IMG/VR virus record: IMGVR_UViG_3300032332_001939 | DNA from: an uncultured virus (IMG/VR IMGVR_UViG_3300032332_001939) | Lineage: Duplodnaviria; Heunggongvirae; Uroviricota; Caudoviricetes | Length of the DNA: 64,000 nt | Direction: 5' to 3' (one strand) | Part shown: positions 1-8,435 of the stretch, piece by piece | How positions within the stretch are numbered: position 1 is the stretch's first letter | Layout of the letters: the number at the start of each line of letters is the position of its first letter | The notes under the pieces: generated by a model | Seen by the model: only the letters and a program-made list of their open reading frames with translations | The model's database searches: none | Told to the model about the DNA's origin: nothing | Made by a program: the position numbers and the translations under genes

Positions 1-11
1 AATATATTTAA

Positions 12-83
12 GCCAGAATAGCACAGCGGTAGTGCAACGGTTTTGTAAACCGTAGGTCATCGGTTCAAATCCGATTTCTGGCT
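12..83 (+). tRNA. tRNA-Thr(UGU)
   Basis: Cloverleaf: acceptor GCCAGAA/TTCTGGC, D arm GCAC/GTGC, anticodon arm ACGGT-TTTGTAA-ACCGT (anticodon TGT), T arm ATCGG-TTCAAAT-CCGAT; CCA not encoded. Confidence 0.95.
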
Positions 84-115
84 CAGAAATTATAGTCTTA
101 ATTTTATATTTTAAA

Positions 116-121
116 GTGTAA
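116..121 (+). promoter_or_regulatory. GTGTAA motif (putative phage late promoter)
   Basis: GTGTAA with 8 nt to ATG at 130; recurs upstream of many structural-type genes. Confidence 0.65.
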
Positions 122-129
122 TACTTATT

Positions 130-423
130 ATGCCAAAGCTATATAGATACGATGGATTTGAAAATATAGGATTAGTTGCTAATAACTTAACTAGTGGAAA
201 TATAATTAATGCTCCAGGAACAGGGTATAGCATCTATCTTCTTGGTTCAGCTTGTTTTTCAACTCAAAGATATCAAGAAACAACTGGTTCTGGAAATACT
301 ATAATTAGTCTTGGAAGTGGATTTGCTAATTTTCCAGCCACAATAAAAGTAAAAGAAAATACATCAGTATATGCTGTAAGTTCTCAACCAACAACACTTT
401 TCTATTACATAGACGTTGTTTAA
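130..423 (+). CDS. Small beta-rich protein, putative virion decoration protein; paralog of 444..740
   Basis: ORF; N-terminus KLYRYDGFENIGLVANNL aligns with next ORF. Confidence 0.6.
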   Translation: MPKLYRYDGFENIGLVANNLTSGNIINAPGTGYSIYLLGSACFSTQRYQETTGSGNTIISLGSGFANFPATIKVKENTSVYAVSSQPTTLFYYIDVV

Positions 424-424
424 T

Positions 425-430
425 GTGTAA
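425..430 (+). promoter_or_regulatory. GTGTAA motif
   Basis: Intergenic, 13 nt before ATG at 444. Confidence 0.6.
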
Positions 431-443
431 ATAATATAAATTT

Positions 444-740
444 ATGAAACTTTTTAGAGAAGCAGGATTCGAAAGTGTAGGTTTAGTTGCCACTAATCTT
501 TTATCTGGCATAGTAATATCTGGACAAGGCTCAAACACAATAACTTATTTACTAGGTGGTTCAGCTCATGTAAATACTACTTTAAAAGAAAATGATAATA
601 ATGGCAGAGTTATTAGTCTTTTACCCGCGGGAACTGCAGAATTTCCATGCACAATTGCAGTAACAGGTAATAAACATATTTTTCACACAGCTAATGATTC
701 ATGCTCTCTTTTTTATTACGTAGAGTCTGGAACATATTAA
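444..740 (+). CDS. Small beta-rich protein, paralog of 130..423
   Basis: KLFREAGFESVGLVATNL...YLLG...FP.TI.V...LFYY shared with previous ORF. Confidence 0.6.
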   Translation: MKLFREAGFESVGLVATNLLSGIVISGQGSNTITYLLGGSAHVNTTLKENDNNGRVISLLPAGTAEFPCTIAVTGNKHIFHTANDSCSLFYYVESGTY

Positions 741-744
741 TTTT

Positions 745-1929
745 ATGAAAGAACTAGATATTGATTTTAGTTCTGAAATAATTGCTAAAAAAAGCAAAGC
801 CCCACTTAATAAACCATTTCGTCTTCCATCTGGAAGTAAAAAGAAATTTGGTGTTTACGTTAAGAATGATAAAGGTAATATTGTGAAAGTTACTTTTGGC
901 GACCCAAATATGTCTATTAAAAGAGATAATCCAGAAAGACGCAAATCTTATAGAGCAAGACATGGTTGTGATAATCCAGGACCAAAATATAAAGCTAATT
1001 ACTGGTCTTGTAAAATGTGGAGCGCTAAACCAGTTAGTAAAATTACTGGAAGTGAAGAAGAAATAACTTTAGAAGTTGAAATCCAAGCCGAAAAAAAAGG
1101 GCTTTGGTATAATATTCAACAAAAGAAAAAAAGAATGGGCAAAAATTATCGTCCAGCAAAACCAGGATCTCCAGATCGCCCAACTCAAGAAGCTCTTAAA
1201 AAAGCTCAAGCAGAAGAATACGAATGGGATGGTAAAACAGAATTTGATCAAGCTGAACTTTTAAAGCTTGATCCATCTCTTGCTCAAGTTCCAGAAATGC
1301 CAGAATCTCCAGAAGAAGAATTACAAGATTATAAAGATGATTTTTATGAAATGATTGTTGGTTCTATTACCTCTATTCAAGTTCATGCACAAAATATTTT
1401 AAATAAATTAAATGATCCAATGATTCAAGAAAATCTTACGGAACCATTCTTACAACAAATGGCCGCACTAGCTGAAGATTATATGATTACAATTCATAAT
1501 TTTGTTATGTTTAATAAAGAAAATGAATCTGTAGCTCAAATGACAGGGCCAATTAATGATTACGTTTCTAAAGAATCTAAAACAACAGATGATTGGTCAA
1601 CTCCAATTAATGAATATGCTCAATCAAATTCAATTTTTAAAATAGGTGATAAAGTTAGAAATATTAATCCATACTGCAAACATTACGGCAGTGAAGGCGA
1701 AGTTAAAGAAATCAGAGATCTTCCAGAAGATATGGGTTATGCAGTAATTTATGAATGTAGTAATGACGGTTCGAGTTGGATAAAAGGTGATATGCTTGGT
1801 AAAACAGAAATTCAACTTCAAAAAATTAGCGAAGCAAAGTGGACTAAAGAATATAAAGATAGCATTGATTGTAACAATCCAAAAGGTTTTTCTCAAAGAG
1901 CACATTGTCAAAGTCTAAAAAAGAAATAA
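745..1929 (+). CDS. Modular phage protein of small basic domains (putative head-internal/cargo protein)
   Basis: Modules common in large phages: KKFGVYVK..FGDPNMSIKRDNPERRKSYRARH.C..YWSC; GLWYNIQQKKKR..PGSPDRPT; SH3/KOW-like FKIGDKVRN; KWTKEYKDSIDCNNPKGFSQRAHC. Confidence 0.65.
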   Translation: MKELDIDFSSEIIAKKSKAPLNKPFRLPSGSKKKFGVYVKNDKGNIVKVTFGDPNMSIKRDNPERRKSYRARHGCDNPGPKYKANYWSCKMWSAKPVSKITGSEEEITLEVEIQAEKKGLWYNIQQKKKRMGKNYRPAKPGSPDRPTQEALKKAQAEEYEWDGKTEFDQAELLKLDPSLAQVPEMPESPEEELQDYKDDFYEMIVGSITSIQVHAQNILNKLNDPMIQENLTEPFLQQMAALAEDYMITIHNFVMFNKENESVAQMTGPINDYVSKESKTTDDWSTPINEYAQSNSIFKIGDKVRNINPYCKHYGSEGEVKEIRDLPEDMGYAVIYECSNDGSSWIKGDMLGKTEIQLQKISEAKWTKEYKDSIDCNNPKGFSQRAHCQSLKKK

Positions 1930-1933
1930 TTTT

Positions 1934-2311
1934 ATGGCAAACGAAGGACTTATATTTCCTAAGTTGAATGAAAGACAAAAAGACCTTTATCTTAAAATAA
2001 TTACTAATCTTCAAACATTTGGATACTTTGATAGAGGAGTTGGTGGAAATGGAATTCATTATGCTGGTGCTTCAGAAAATCCATATAAAGATCAAGGCAT
2101 AGAATGTGATAATTGTGTATTTTACTATCTAGAAGGTGATGCTCCAAGATGTGAATTAATTCAAGGAGCAATCGAACCAGAAGCAATTTGCAAATTTTGG
2201 ATAATCAGTGATGAGGACATAAAGAAAAAATCTCAAGCTGCTTTTAAAGTTTTAAATAATAAAACTAAAACTTTTGAAGTAACATATAGATTGGATGATA
2301 AAGAAACTTAA
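1934..2311 (+). CDS. HiPIP-like iron-sulfur domain protein
   Basis: Y...CDNCVFY...CELIQGAIEPEAICKFW fits the four-Cys high-potential iron-sulfur protein pattern. Confidence 0.65.
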   Translation: MANEGLIFPKLNERQKDLYLKIITNLQTFGYFDRGVGGNGIHYAGASENPYKDQGIECDNCVFYYLEGDAPRCELIQGAIEPEAICKFWIISDEDIKKKSQAAFKVLNNKTKTFEVTYRLDDKET

Positions 2312-2825
2312 TAAACTTTGTAACTGGAAATCGAAAACATTACTAGTTGGGTTCATATTAACCGTATCTTGGATCGCCTGTTTAAAAATTGGTTTTGAAA
2401 TTAAAAAATATAACTCAATAACAAATCTTCCAAATTCTTGTTTTATTGATTCAATGATTTATGCATCTCAATGTAATCTTCTTTTGACTACAAATGCTAA
2501 TATATGGAATAGTATTTATGGTTTTACTTTTGCTTATAAAGACGACAGAGAAGCTATGCTAGGTCATGCTATCTGCGTTTTTGAATATAAGAATAACTTA
2601 TGGATGTATGACCCTAATTGGGGAACATCTCCTATATGCGAAATTGGTGATAAAAAATCATATAGAGAAAAAATAAGATTGTATATAAACAAAAACTACC
2701 CTATAATAGTTGTAGAGGATTTTATGCTAAATGATTGGACATATGTTCAAAAAATAAAGAAAAATAAAATGAACAATTCATATAAAGAAGTGTCTATACA
2801 TTTAGATGAAGACAAGAAGGAGTAA
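2295..2825 (+). CDS. Membrane-anchored transglutaminase/papain-like protein
   Basis: N-terminal hydrophobic helix; NSCF...GHAICVF...WMYDPNWG (Cys-His-Asp triad layout). Confidence 0.55.
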   Translation: MIKKLNKLCNWKSKTLLVGFILTVSWIACLKIGFEIKKYNSITNLPNSCFIDSMIYASQCNLLLTTNANIWNSIYGFTFAYKDDREAMLGHAICVFEYKNNLWMYDPNWGTSPICEIGDKKSYREKIRLYINKNYPIIVVEDFMLNDWTYVQKIKKNKMNNSYKEVSIHLDEDKKE

Positions 2826-2834
2826 ACTAATAAT

Positions 2835-4859
2835 ATGAAAATAAACCTAATAAAAAGGTTACTAAAAAGCACAGCCGCAAAATTAATTGCGGCTTTTTTA
2901 ATGTCTGGAGCCGTCCAAGAATCACAAGCAGTAAATTTCTTATGGAATAATACTGGCACGCAATGGACATCTCCAACTAGCTGGACAAATAACGCTCAAC
3001 CAACCTCTACCACTACAACTGGTACAGATGTTGTTCAGTTTAGTAACTATGGTGCAAATTTTAATACTGTAGATTTAACTTCTACAAGAACAGCTCAAAA
3101 ACTTGAGTTTTTTAGTGGAGCAAATGCTTATACATTTACAACTGCAAGCAGTAAGTTACTTGAAATAGCATCTGGCGGAATCACTAACGCTTCATCATCT
3201 ATACAAACTTTTAATTTACGAGTTAATAACAGCGGTGGTAATTATACTTGGTTTACTGCTGCTGGTGGAGGTCTTACGTTTAATCAACAAGTAGGATTAA
3301 CCACAGATGCATCTAGTACTTCTAGGACTCTTACTCTTGCTGGAGATGGTGCATATATATTTAATAATAATCTTATAAATAATGGTACAAGTTTAGCTCC
3401 TGCTGCTAAAGTAATTTATACAGGTAATGGCAGTATTACATTTAATGGTACAAACGTAATTGGAGGTTCTGGTGGAGGTGGTTTTGATATAACAGGAAGT
3501 GGCACTGTTAATGTAAATGGTGGAACTGGTGTTGGACAAGGATTGGTAACATTAGGTGGAGCAAGTGGAACAACAAATGTACCTATATTAAAAATTAATA
3601 CTGGAAATGGTTTATCTACTCTTAGTAGTTTGAAGGGATCAACTAGTTTATCTACGATGGGAACGCTAGATTTGTTAGGATCAAATCCTGATGCTGTTAC
3701 TACTTTTATCATGAATCAGTATCAAGGCAATAATATGAATTTTACGAATCATGGCGGAGGTAAAACATTGCTTCAATTTACTAATTCTGCTAATACATTA
3801 ACTGTATCTACTGGTAATAGTGGTGGTAGAAGAATGTTCAACAATAGCACAAACTTACTAGTGCAATTTGATGGCACATTAGATGTTGGATCTACTACAG
3901 CAGATTATAATGTTGTTGGAGGTGTTGGAGATTTCTTATTTAAAGGATCTTTGCTTAATACTGGTTCCGCAATCAGAGGGCTTACAAAAACAGGATTAGG
4001 AACAGTAACTCTAGAAGGAGTTAATTCTTATAATGGAGATACAACAGTGCAAGAAGGAAAATTACTAGTTAATACAACTGGTTCTATATTATCAAGTTCT
4101 GCTATAGTTTCTGGAGGAACTCTTCAAGTCAAAGGAGTTGCAGGTGGAGTAACTCTAAATAGCGGAAATTTACTTGTAGATAATGGTGGTACAGTTGGAT
4201 CTACAACAGTTGGAGGTGGCACTCTATTAGTTTCTGGTACAGCTGGAACAACTATAGTTAATGCTGGAACAGCTACAGTAAATTTAGGTGGCACCATTGG
4301 AAGTACCACAATTAATGGAAGTTTACTTTCAATAAATGGAACTGCAGGAGATGTTATAGTAAATACAGGAGGTACATTAGGTGGCTCTGGTAGCGTACAA
4401 GGCTTGACTTTAAATGGTGGTATTGTGGCTCCGGGCAATAGTCCGGGTCTGCTTACCGCTTATGATTTAAATGGAAGTAATGGAACATTTGCATTCCAAA
4501 TAGGCGCGCCCACTACAAGAGGAGTTACCTATGATGCCATCAATGTTACTAATTTATTAACTCTTGGAGCAAGTACAAACTTTACATTTGAAGTATTAGA
4601 TACTTATAATTTCTCTAGTGGAGATTCATATGATCTATTTAATTTTGGAAGTATTGATGCTACAAATTTTGATATAACAAAACTAGATGTTGCATTACCA
4701 ACTTTAAATTCAAGTGATTTAAGTTGGAATACTAGTTCATTTACAACAGATGGAATAGTTAGCGTTGTTGCTAATGTTCCAGAACCATCTGCGATACAAT
4801 TATTTGGAATTGGTTTGATTTCTCTACTTGCTTGTCGTAGAATAAATAGAAATGGATAA
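2835..4859 (+). CDS. PEP-CTERM surface protein with autotransporter-associated beta-strand repeats
   Basis: Signal peptide (..SQA|VNF); GLTKTGLGTVTLEGVNSYNGDTTVQEGKLLV repeat; TLGGSG..VAPGNSPGLLT; C-terminal VPEPS + TM + RR; AAGGAG upstream. Confidence 0.92.
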   Translation: MKINLIKRLLKSTAAKLIAAFLMSGAVQESQAVNFLWNNTGTQWTSPTSWTNNAQPTSTTTTGTDVVQFSNYGANFNTVDLTSTRTAQKLEFFSGANAYTFTTASSKLLEIASGGITNASSSIQTFNLRVNNSGGNYTWFTAAGGGLTFNQQVGLTTDASSTSRTLTLAGDGAYIFNNNLINNGTSLAPAAKVIYTGNGSITFNGTNVIGGSGGGGFDITGSGTVNVNGGTGVGQGLVTLGGASGTTNVPILKINTGNGLSTLSSLKGSTSLSTMGTLDLLGSNPDAVTTFIMNQYQGNNMNFTNHGGGKTLLQFTNSANTLTVSTGNSGGRRMFNNSTNLLVQFDGTLDVGSTTADYNVVGGVGDFLFKGSLLNTGSAIRGLTKTGLGTVTLEGVNSYNGDTTVQEGKLLVNTTGSILSSSAIVSGGTLQVKGVAGGVTLNSGNLLVDNGGTVGSTTVGGGTLLVSGTAGTTIVNAGTATVNLGGTIGSTTINGSLLSINGTAGDVIVNTGGTLGGSGSVQGLTLNGGIVAPGNSPGLLTAYDLNGSNGTFAFQIGAPTTRGVTYDAINVTNLLTLGASTNFTFEVLDTYNFSSGDSYDLFNFGSIDATNFDITKLDVALPTLNSSDLSWNTSSFTTDGIVSVVANVPEPSAIQLFGIGLISLLACRRINRNG

Positions 4860-5097
4860 TCAATTGAAAAATTTATTGTTGCATAGTTATAAAAAAAGTC
4901 TTCCATCTAAAAAAGATACCGAAGATTTTATAAATAATTTTCAACAATATAGAATACAAAAGGCAACTCAAAGAAAAACTCATTATTCTATAGCTCTTAT
5001 AGTTTTATTAATTATAACAGCTTTAGGTTCAATAGCCTTAAAAGAAACAACAAATAAATTAGATATACAAACTGCATCTGGTCAAATTGAAAAATGA
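4852..5097 (+). CDS. Small single-TM protein (possibly anti-sigma-like)
   Basis: Cytoplasmic N-terminus then one TM helix; overlaps upstream stop. Confidence 0.55.
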   Translation: MDNQLKNLLLHSYKKSLPSKKDTEDFINNFQQYRIQKATQRKTHYSIALIVLLIITALGSIALKETTNKLDIQTASGQIEK

Positions 5098-5408
5098 AAT
5101 CATTTATAAGATCAGAGTTATTGCTTTATTTTATGTTATTTCCAATCGGTGCCGTTTGTGCGTTTTTCTATACAAAAAATGTTGGACCCATAAAACAACA
5201 TAATCTTGGTCTTGATTTTGAATATGTTCCAGTTGATGAAGGATCATCTTTTGTATGTAGAGCAGAACCAATAGGTGAGAATAGTCAACCTTGGATATTG
5301 AGTTTACAAGAAAAACCAAAACCAATTATAGATACAAATCAATACTATGTTATGGTTGGATATATGATGAAACAAATAACGTTTAAAACTAACTTATGCA
5401 CAAATTAA
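5094..5408 (+). CDS. Hypothetical membrane-anchored protein
   Basis: ATGA-coupled; N-terminal TM. Confidence 0.55.
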   Translation: MKSFIRSELLLYFMLFPIGAVCAFFYTKNVGPIKQHNLGLDFEYVPVDEGSSFVCRAEPIGENSQPWILSLQEKPKPIIDTNQYYVMVGYMMKQITFKTNLCTN

Positions 5409-5845
5409 TATATATACTATTAGCCATAATTTTAATTCAAACTTCTTATGCTGAGGATAAAATTAAAATATCAATTAATAAAGACAAGAACGGCAAAATA
5501 ACTTTAACTAGTTCTGGACATTCAGTTCCAATATCTTTTGATATTATGGGCAAAAGTTATGATGTTCCTGCTGGTGGAGGCTCAGTAGAAGTTGAATCAA
5601 AAGAATTAGATAATAAAAAAGAACAAGTGCCAAAAGAGGAAAAGAAAGATGAAGCGTCAGATTTAGCAAAAGAAGAAACTGCTGCAAATAATGATCAAAC
5701 TCAAAAGATGAAAGACTTTAATCAAAACCAAGAACAACAACAGCAAAGTCAAAAAGTTCAACAAGCTATACAGCAACAGCAAAATGAAAAGAATGTCCCA
5801 CCAGTAAATTCAAATCCAAACCCTAAAGAAGCAACTCCTATTTAA
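5396..5845 (+). CDS. Secreted protein with Q/E/K-rich tail
   Basis: Signal peptide ..TSYA|ED; low-complexity C-terminus ending PPVNSNPNPKEATPI. Confidence 0.6.
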   Translation: MHKLIYILLAIILIQTSYAEDKIKISINKDKNGKITLTSSGHSVPISFDIMGKSYDVPAGGGSVEVESKELDNKKEQVPKEEKKDEASDLAKEETAANNDQTQKMKDFNQNQEQQQQSQKVQQAIQQQQNEKNVPPVNSNPNPKEATPI

Positions 5846-5849
5846 TATG

Positions 5850-5855
5850 GTGTAA
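5850..5855 (+). promoter_or_regulatory. GTGTAA motif
   Basis: 8 nt before ATG at 5864. Confidence 0.6.
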
Positions 5856-5863
5856 GCCCATAT

Positions 5864-6130
5864 ATGGTAATTAAAATTAAGAACTGGTGGAAAGATTTAA
5901 AATCTTATGATAGGTTTTTCTTTATCTCATTCGTTCCTGCGATGCTTTTTACGCTTTGGGGGCTAAGTGACCTTTATATTAATTACTTTGATTTATTAAG
6001 TAGAGAAGATCACCTTCAATTCTTTCTTAGGATATTCTTTCCAATATCAATAGCCACTTTTATAACAGTATTAGAACGCAATAAAAGACAAAAGCTAATA
6101 AAAGATATAAAAAACTATTTAAAACAGTAG
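5864..6130 (+). CDS. Two-TM membrane protein
   Basis: Two hydrophobic helices and a basic C-tail. Confidence 0.6.
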   Translation: MVIKIKNWWKDLKSYDRFFFISFVPAMLFTLWGLSDLYINYFDLLSREDHLQFFLRIFFPISIATFITVLERNKRQKLIKDIKNYLKQ

Positions 6131-6135
6131 TGTAA
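6130..6135 (+). promoter_or_regulatory. GTGTAA motif
   Basis: 8 nt before ATG at 6144. Confidence 0.65.
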
Positions 6136-6143
6136 TATAGTTT

Positions 6144-6878
6144 ATGTTTATAGTTAAAAGAGATTTTATATATGATCCTAATTTCAATCCATCTAGTGAC
6201 CCATATGCTGCAAGTGTAGTTTTTAATAATACATTTAACTCAAATGTAAATGCTCAAAATACTAGCTGGAGTGAAGGTCCAAATCAAGAAATTATAACTG
6301 CTCCAGCTGGATGTCCAAAAACTAATTGCTTGTACCTATCTCAAGGATATGCTTATACTTCAGCGTTATATTCACAGCAAGGATTTGGTAATTTAGGAAT
6401 GCTTGATTTAACTCAAAGTTATACAATAGAATGTTGGTTTTATGTTACAGATATTAACACAGATTATGGAGAAAATGGTCGATTTTTATTTTTAAGATCA
6501 GACGGAGGAGATCCATTAGATATTAATTTCAATGGAGATAGAAGCGTTGGCTTTTTAATTTATGATAGTGTTAATGAGACATATAACCAATATAATTCAA
6601 CTGGACCTACATTTAATTTGAACTCATGGAATCATTTTGCGATTGTAGCAAATCAATCCTCAACTAAAACTACTATTTATATTAATGGAGTAAATAAATT
6701 AGAAATAAATCTTGCAAGTAATTTTAATGGTTATCCAGCGTATTGGGAATGGGGAGTTGGACATGATTTTGATAATGGATATAATGTTTATATCTCAAAT
6801 ATGAGATGGACTCAAGCTGTTAGATATACTAGTAATTTTACCCCAACATTTGTTAACTTTTATAATTCAGCAAATTAA
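6144..6878 (+). CDS. Concanavalin A-like/LamG domain protein
   Basis: YTIECWFY..WNHFAIV..IYING..YISNMRWT..RYTSNFTP. Confidence 0.85.
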   Translation: MFIVKRDFIYDPNFNPSSDPYAASVVFNNTFNSNVNAQNTSWSEGPNQEIITAPAGCPKTNCLYLSQGYAYTSALYSQQGFGNLGMLDLTQSYTIECWFYVTDINTDYGENGRFLFLRSDGGDPLDINFNGDRSVGFLIYDSVNETYNQYNSTGPTFNLNSWNHFAIVANQSSTKTTIYINGVNKLEINLASNFNGYPAYWEWGVGHDFDNGYNVYISNMRWTQAVRYTSNFTPTFVNFYNSAN

Positions 6879-6883
6879 AAAAT

Positions 6884-7603
6884 ATGAGTTTAATAATTAA
6901 AAAAAATACAACCTTCAAAATTCCAAGACAAGGAGTTTCTTTTCTTCCATCAAATTTAGCTGGATTATCTCTTTGGTTAAAAGCAGATGCGGGAGTAACC
7001 TTAAATGGCTCAAATGTAACATCGTGGACAGATCAAAGCATAAATGGACTTGTATTGACAAAAGATATTCAAAATGAACCAATTTATTTACCATCATTTA
7101 TCAATGGAAAACCAGCAATAGAGTTTATAGTTGATGATAACACAGGATTAAGCAACACTAGTTTTGGTCTTACTGGATTTACTTTCTTTTCAGTTGCAAA
7201 ACAAAAACCAACAAATACTGGAAGAATATTTTCAGCTTACAATAACAATGTTTTAATTGGAACATGGGGTAATTATAGCAATAGATTTTATGGTGGTAAT
7301 GAAAATGGTTGGCTTGCTGAAGGAGAAGAGACTTCAACAAATTTTTTAATTACAACTGCATTTTCTGACGCAGATACAAGTTTTGGCTTTTATCAAAATG
7401 GGATTTTGCAATCTAATGGTAATTCTAATTCTGCAGTTTTTATAAATGGAATATCAATTGGTGGAGGAATTTTAGATGGTGGAGCTGGAGTAGAAGCATC
7501 TGATTCATATGTATGTGAAATAGTAATTTATAATAGAACACTAAGCTTAATAGAACGCCAACAAGTCGAAGCTTATTTAAACCAAAAATATCAAATTTAT
7601 TAA
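6884..7603 (+). CDS. LamG-like jellyroll protein
   Basis: LSLWLKADAGVT..VTSWTDQS..INGKPAIEF..EIVIYNRTLS..ERQQVEAYL..KY. Confidence 0.85.
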   Translation: MSLIIKKNTTFKIPRQGVSFLPSNLAGLSLWLKADAGVTLNGSNVTSWTDQSINGLVLTKDIQNEPIYLPSFINGKPAIEFIVDDNTGLSNTSFGLTGFTFFSVAKQKPTNTGRIFSAYNNNVLIGTWGNYSNRFYGGNENGWLAEGEETSTNFLITTAFSDADTSFGFYQNGILQSNGNSNSAVFINGISIGGGILDGGAGVEASDSYVCEIVIYNRTLSLIERQQVEAYLNQKYQIY

Positions 7604-7606
7604 TTT

Positions 7607-7681
7607 TTACTTAACTCTTTCTACTAAATAATATATATAAACCAATATAGCAAAGCAAATTAAAGTAGTAGAAAAGGTCAT
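7607..7681 (-). CDS. Putative 24-aa single-TM peptide MTFSTTLICFAILVYIYYLVERVK
   Basis: Fills the intergenic gap; ATG is 8 nt downstream of a minus-strand GTGTAA. Confidence 0.5.
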   Translation of the reverse strand: MTFSTTLICFAILVYIYYLVERVK

Positions 7682-7689
7682 ATTTCTTG

Positions 7690-7695
7690 TTACAC
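7690..7695 (-). promoter_or_regulatory. GTGTAA motif (divergent pair)
   Basis: TTACAC on + strand, 8 nt from CAT at 7679-7681. Confidence 0.55.
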
Positions 7696-7709
7696 TTATA
7701 TTAAAATAT

Positions 7710-7715
7710 GTGTAA
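7710..7715 (+). promoter_or_regulatory. GTGTAA motif
   Basis: 8 nt before ATG at 7724. Confidence 0.65.
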
Positions 7716-7723
7716 TAGCATAT

Positions 7724-8431
7724 ATGCCTATACCTCAACCAAAAGATAACGAAAAACAAAATGACTACATGGGTCGCTGCATGCATAAAGTTAATAAAGA
7801 TAATCCTAAAATGGAAAATAAACAACAAGTCGCAATTTGTTTGAATACTTATAATAATCCCAAAAAGAAAAGTAAGGCAAATGAAGTAGAAATAGATTTT
7901 ACCGAAGATATTAAAAATATGAATAAACAACAAGAAGCGAAAGTAGAAACCGCAAAAGTTGAAGTTAAAATTGAAGCACCAGCAAACATAGCGGTTACTG
8001 CCCCAACGCCAGAAATTAAAACAGAAGCAGTAAAAATTGAAGTCAAAGCTGAAACTGATGGTAAAGGTGAACTTATTCAAACAACCATGTTACAAATGCA
8101 AAAGCAATACCAAATTTTCCATTGGCAAACAACTTCATTCTCACAACATAAAAGTTTTGGAAAAATCTATGAAAGTTTAGATGAAAGTATAGATACCTTC
8201 ATTGAAACATATATGGGTAAATATGGTAGAGTAATTTCTGCTTCTAAATTTAATCTTGAAATGTCAAATTATTCGGATTTGAATTTTACTACCGCAACAA
8301 ATTCATACATTGAATTCTTAATTAATTTAAGTAATATGCTTGACCCAGTTAGAGATACAGATTTATTAAATACTAGAGATGAGATACTTGGTAGCTTAAA
8401 TAGATTAAAATATCTTTTGACATTGGTTTAA
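7724..8431 (+). CDS. Ferritin/Dps-like four-helix protein with N-terminal phage module
   Basis: HWQTTSFSQHKSFGKIYESLDESIDTFIETYMGKYG..DEILGSLNRLKYLLTL; N-terminal MPIPQP..YMGRCM..VAIC module. Confidence 0.75.
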   Translation: MPIPQPKDNEKQNDYMGRCMHKVNKDNPKMENKQQVAICLNTYNNPKKKSKANEVEIDFTEDIKNMNKQQEAKVETAKVEVKIEAPANIAVTAPTPEIKTEAVKIEVKAETDGKGELIQTTMLQMQKQYQIFHWQTTSFSQHKSFGKIYESLDESIDTFIETYMGKYGRVISASKFNLEMSNYSDLNFTTATNSYIEFLINLSNMLDPVRDTDLLNTRDEILGSLNRLKYLLTLV

Positions 8432-8435
8432 TTTT

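Noticed and set aside
3416..4906. Pro/Val/Thr-rich minus-strand ORFs
   Set aside because: Antisense reflections of Gly/Thr codons in the PEP-CTERM gene
5864..6130. Holin call for the two-TM protein
   Set aside because: Topology fits, but there is no adjacent endolysin or recognisable holin motif
7607..8080. 157-aa minus-strand ORF
   Set aside because: Mostly an antisense shadow of the ferritin-like gene (F/C-rich); only the last 24 codons are kept as a candidate peptide
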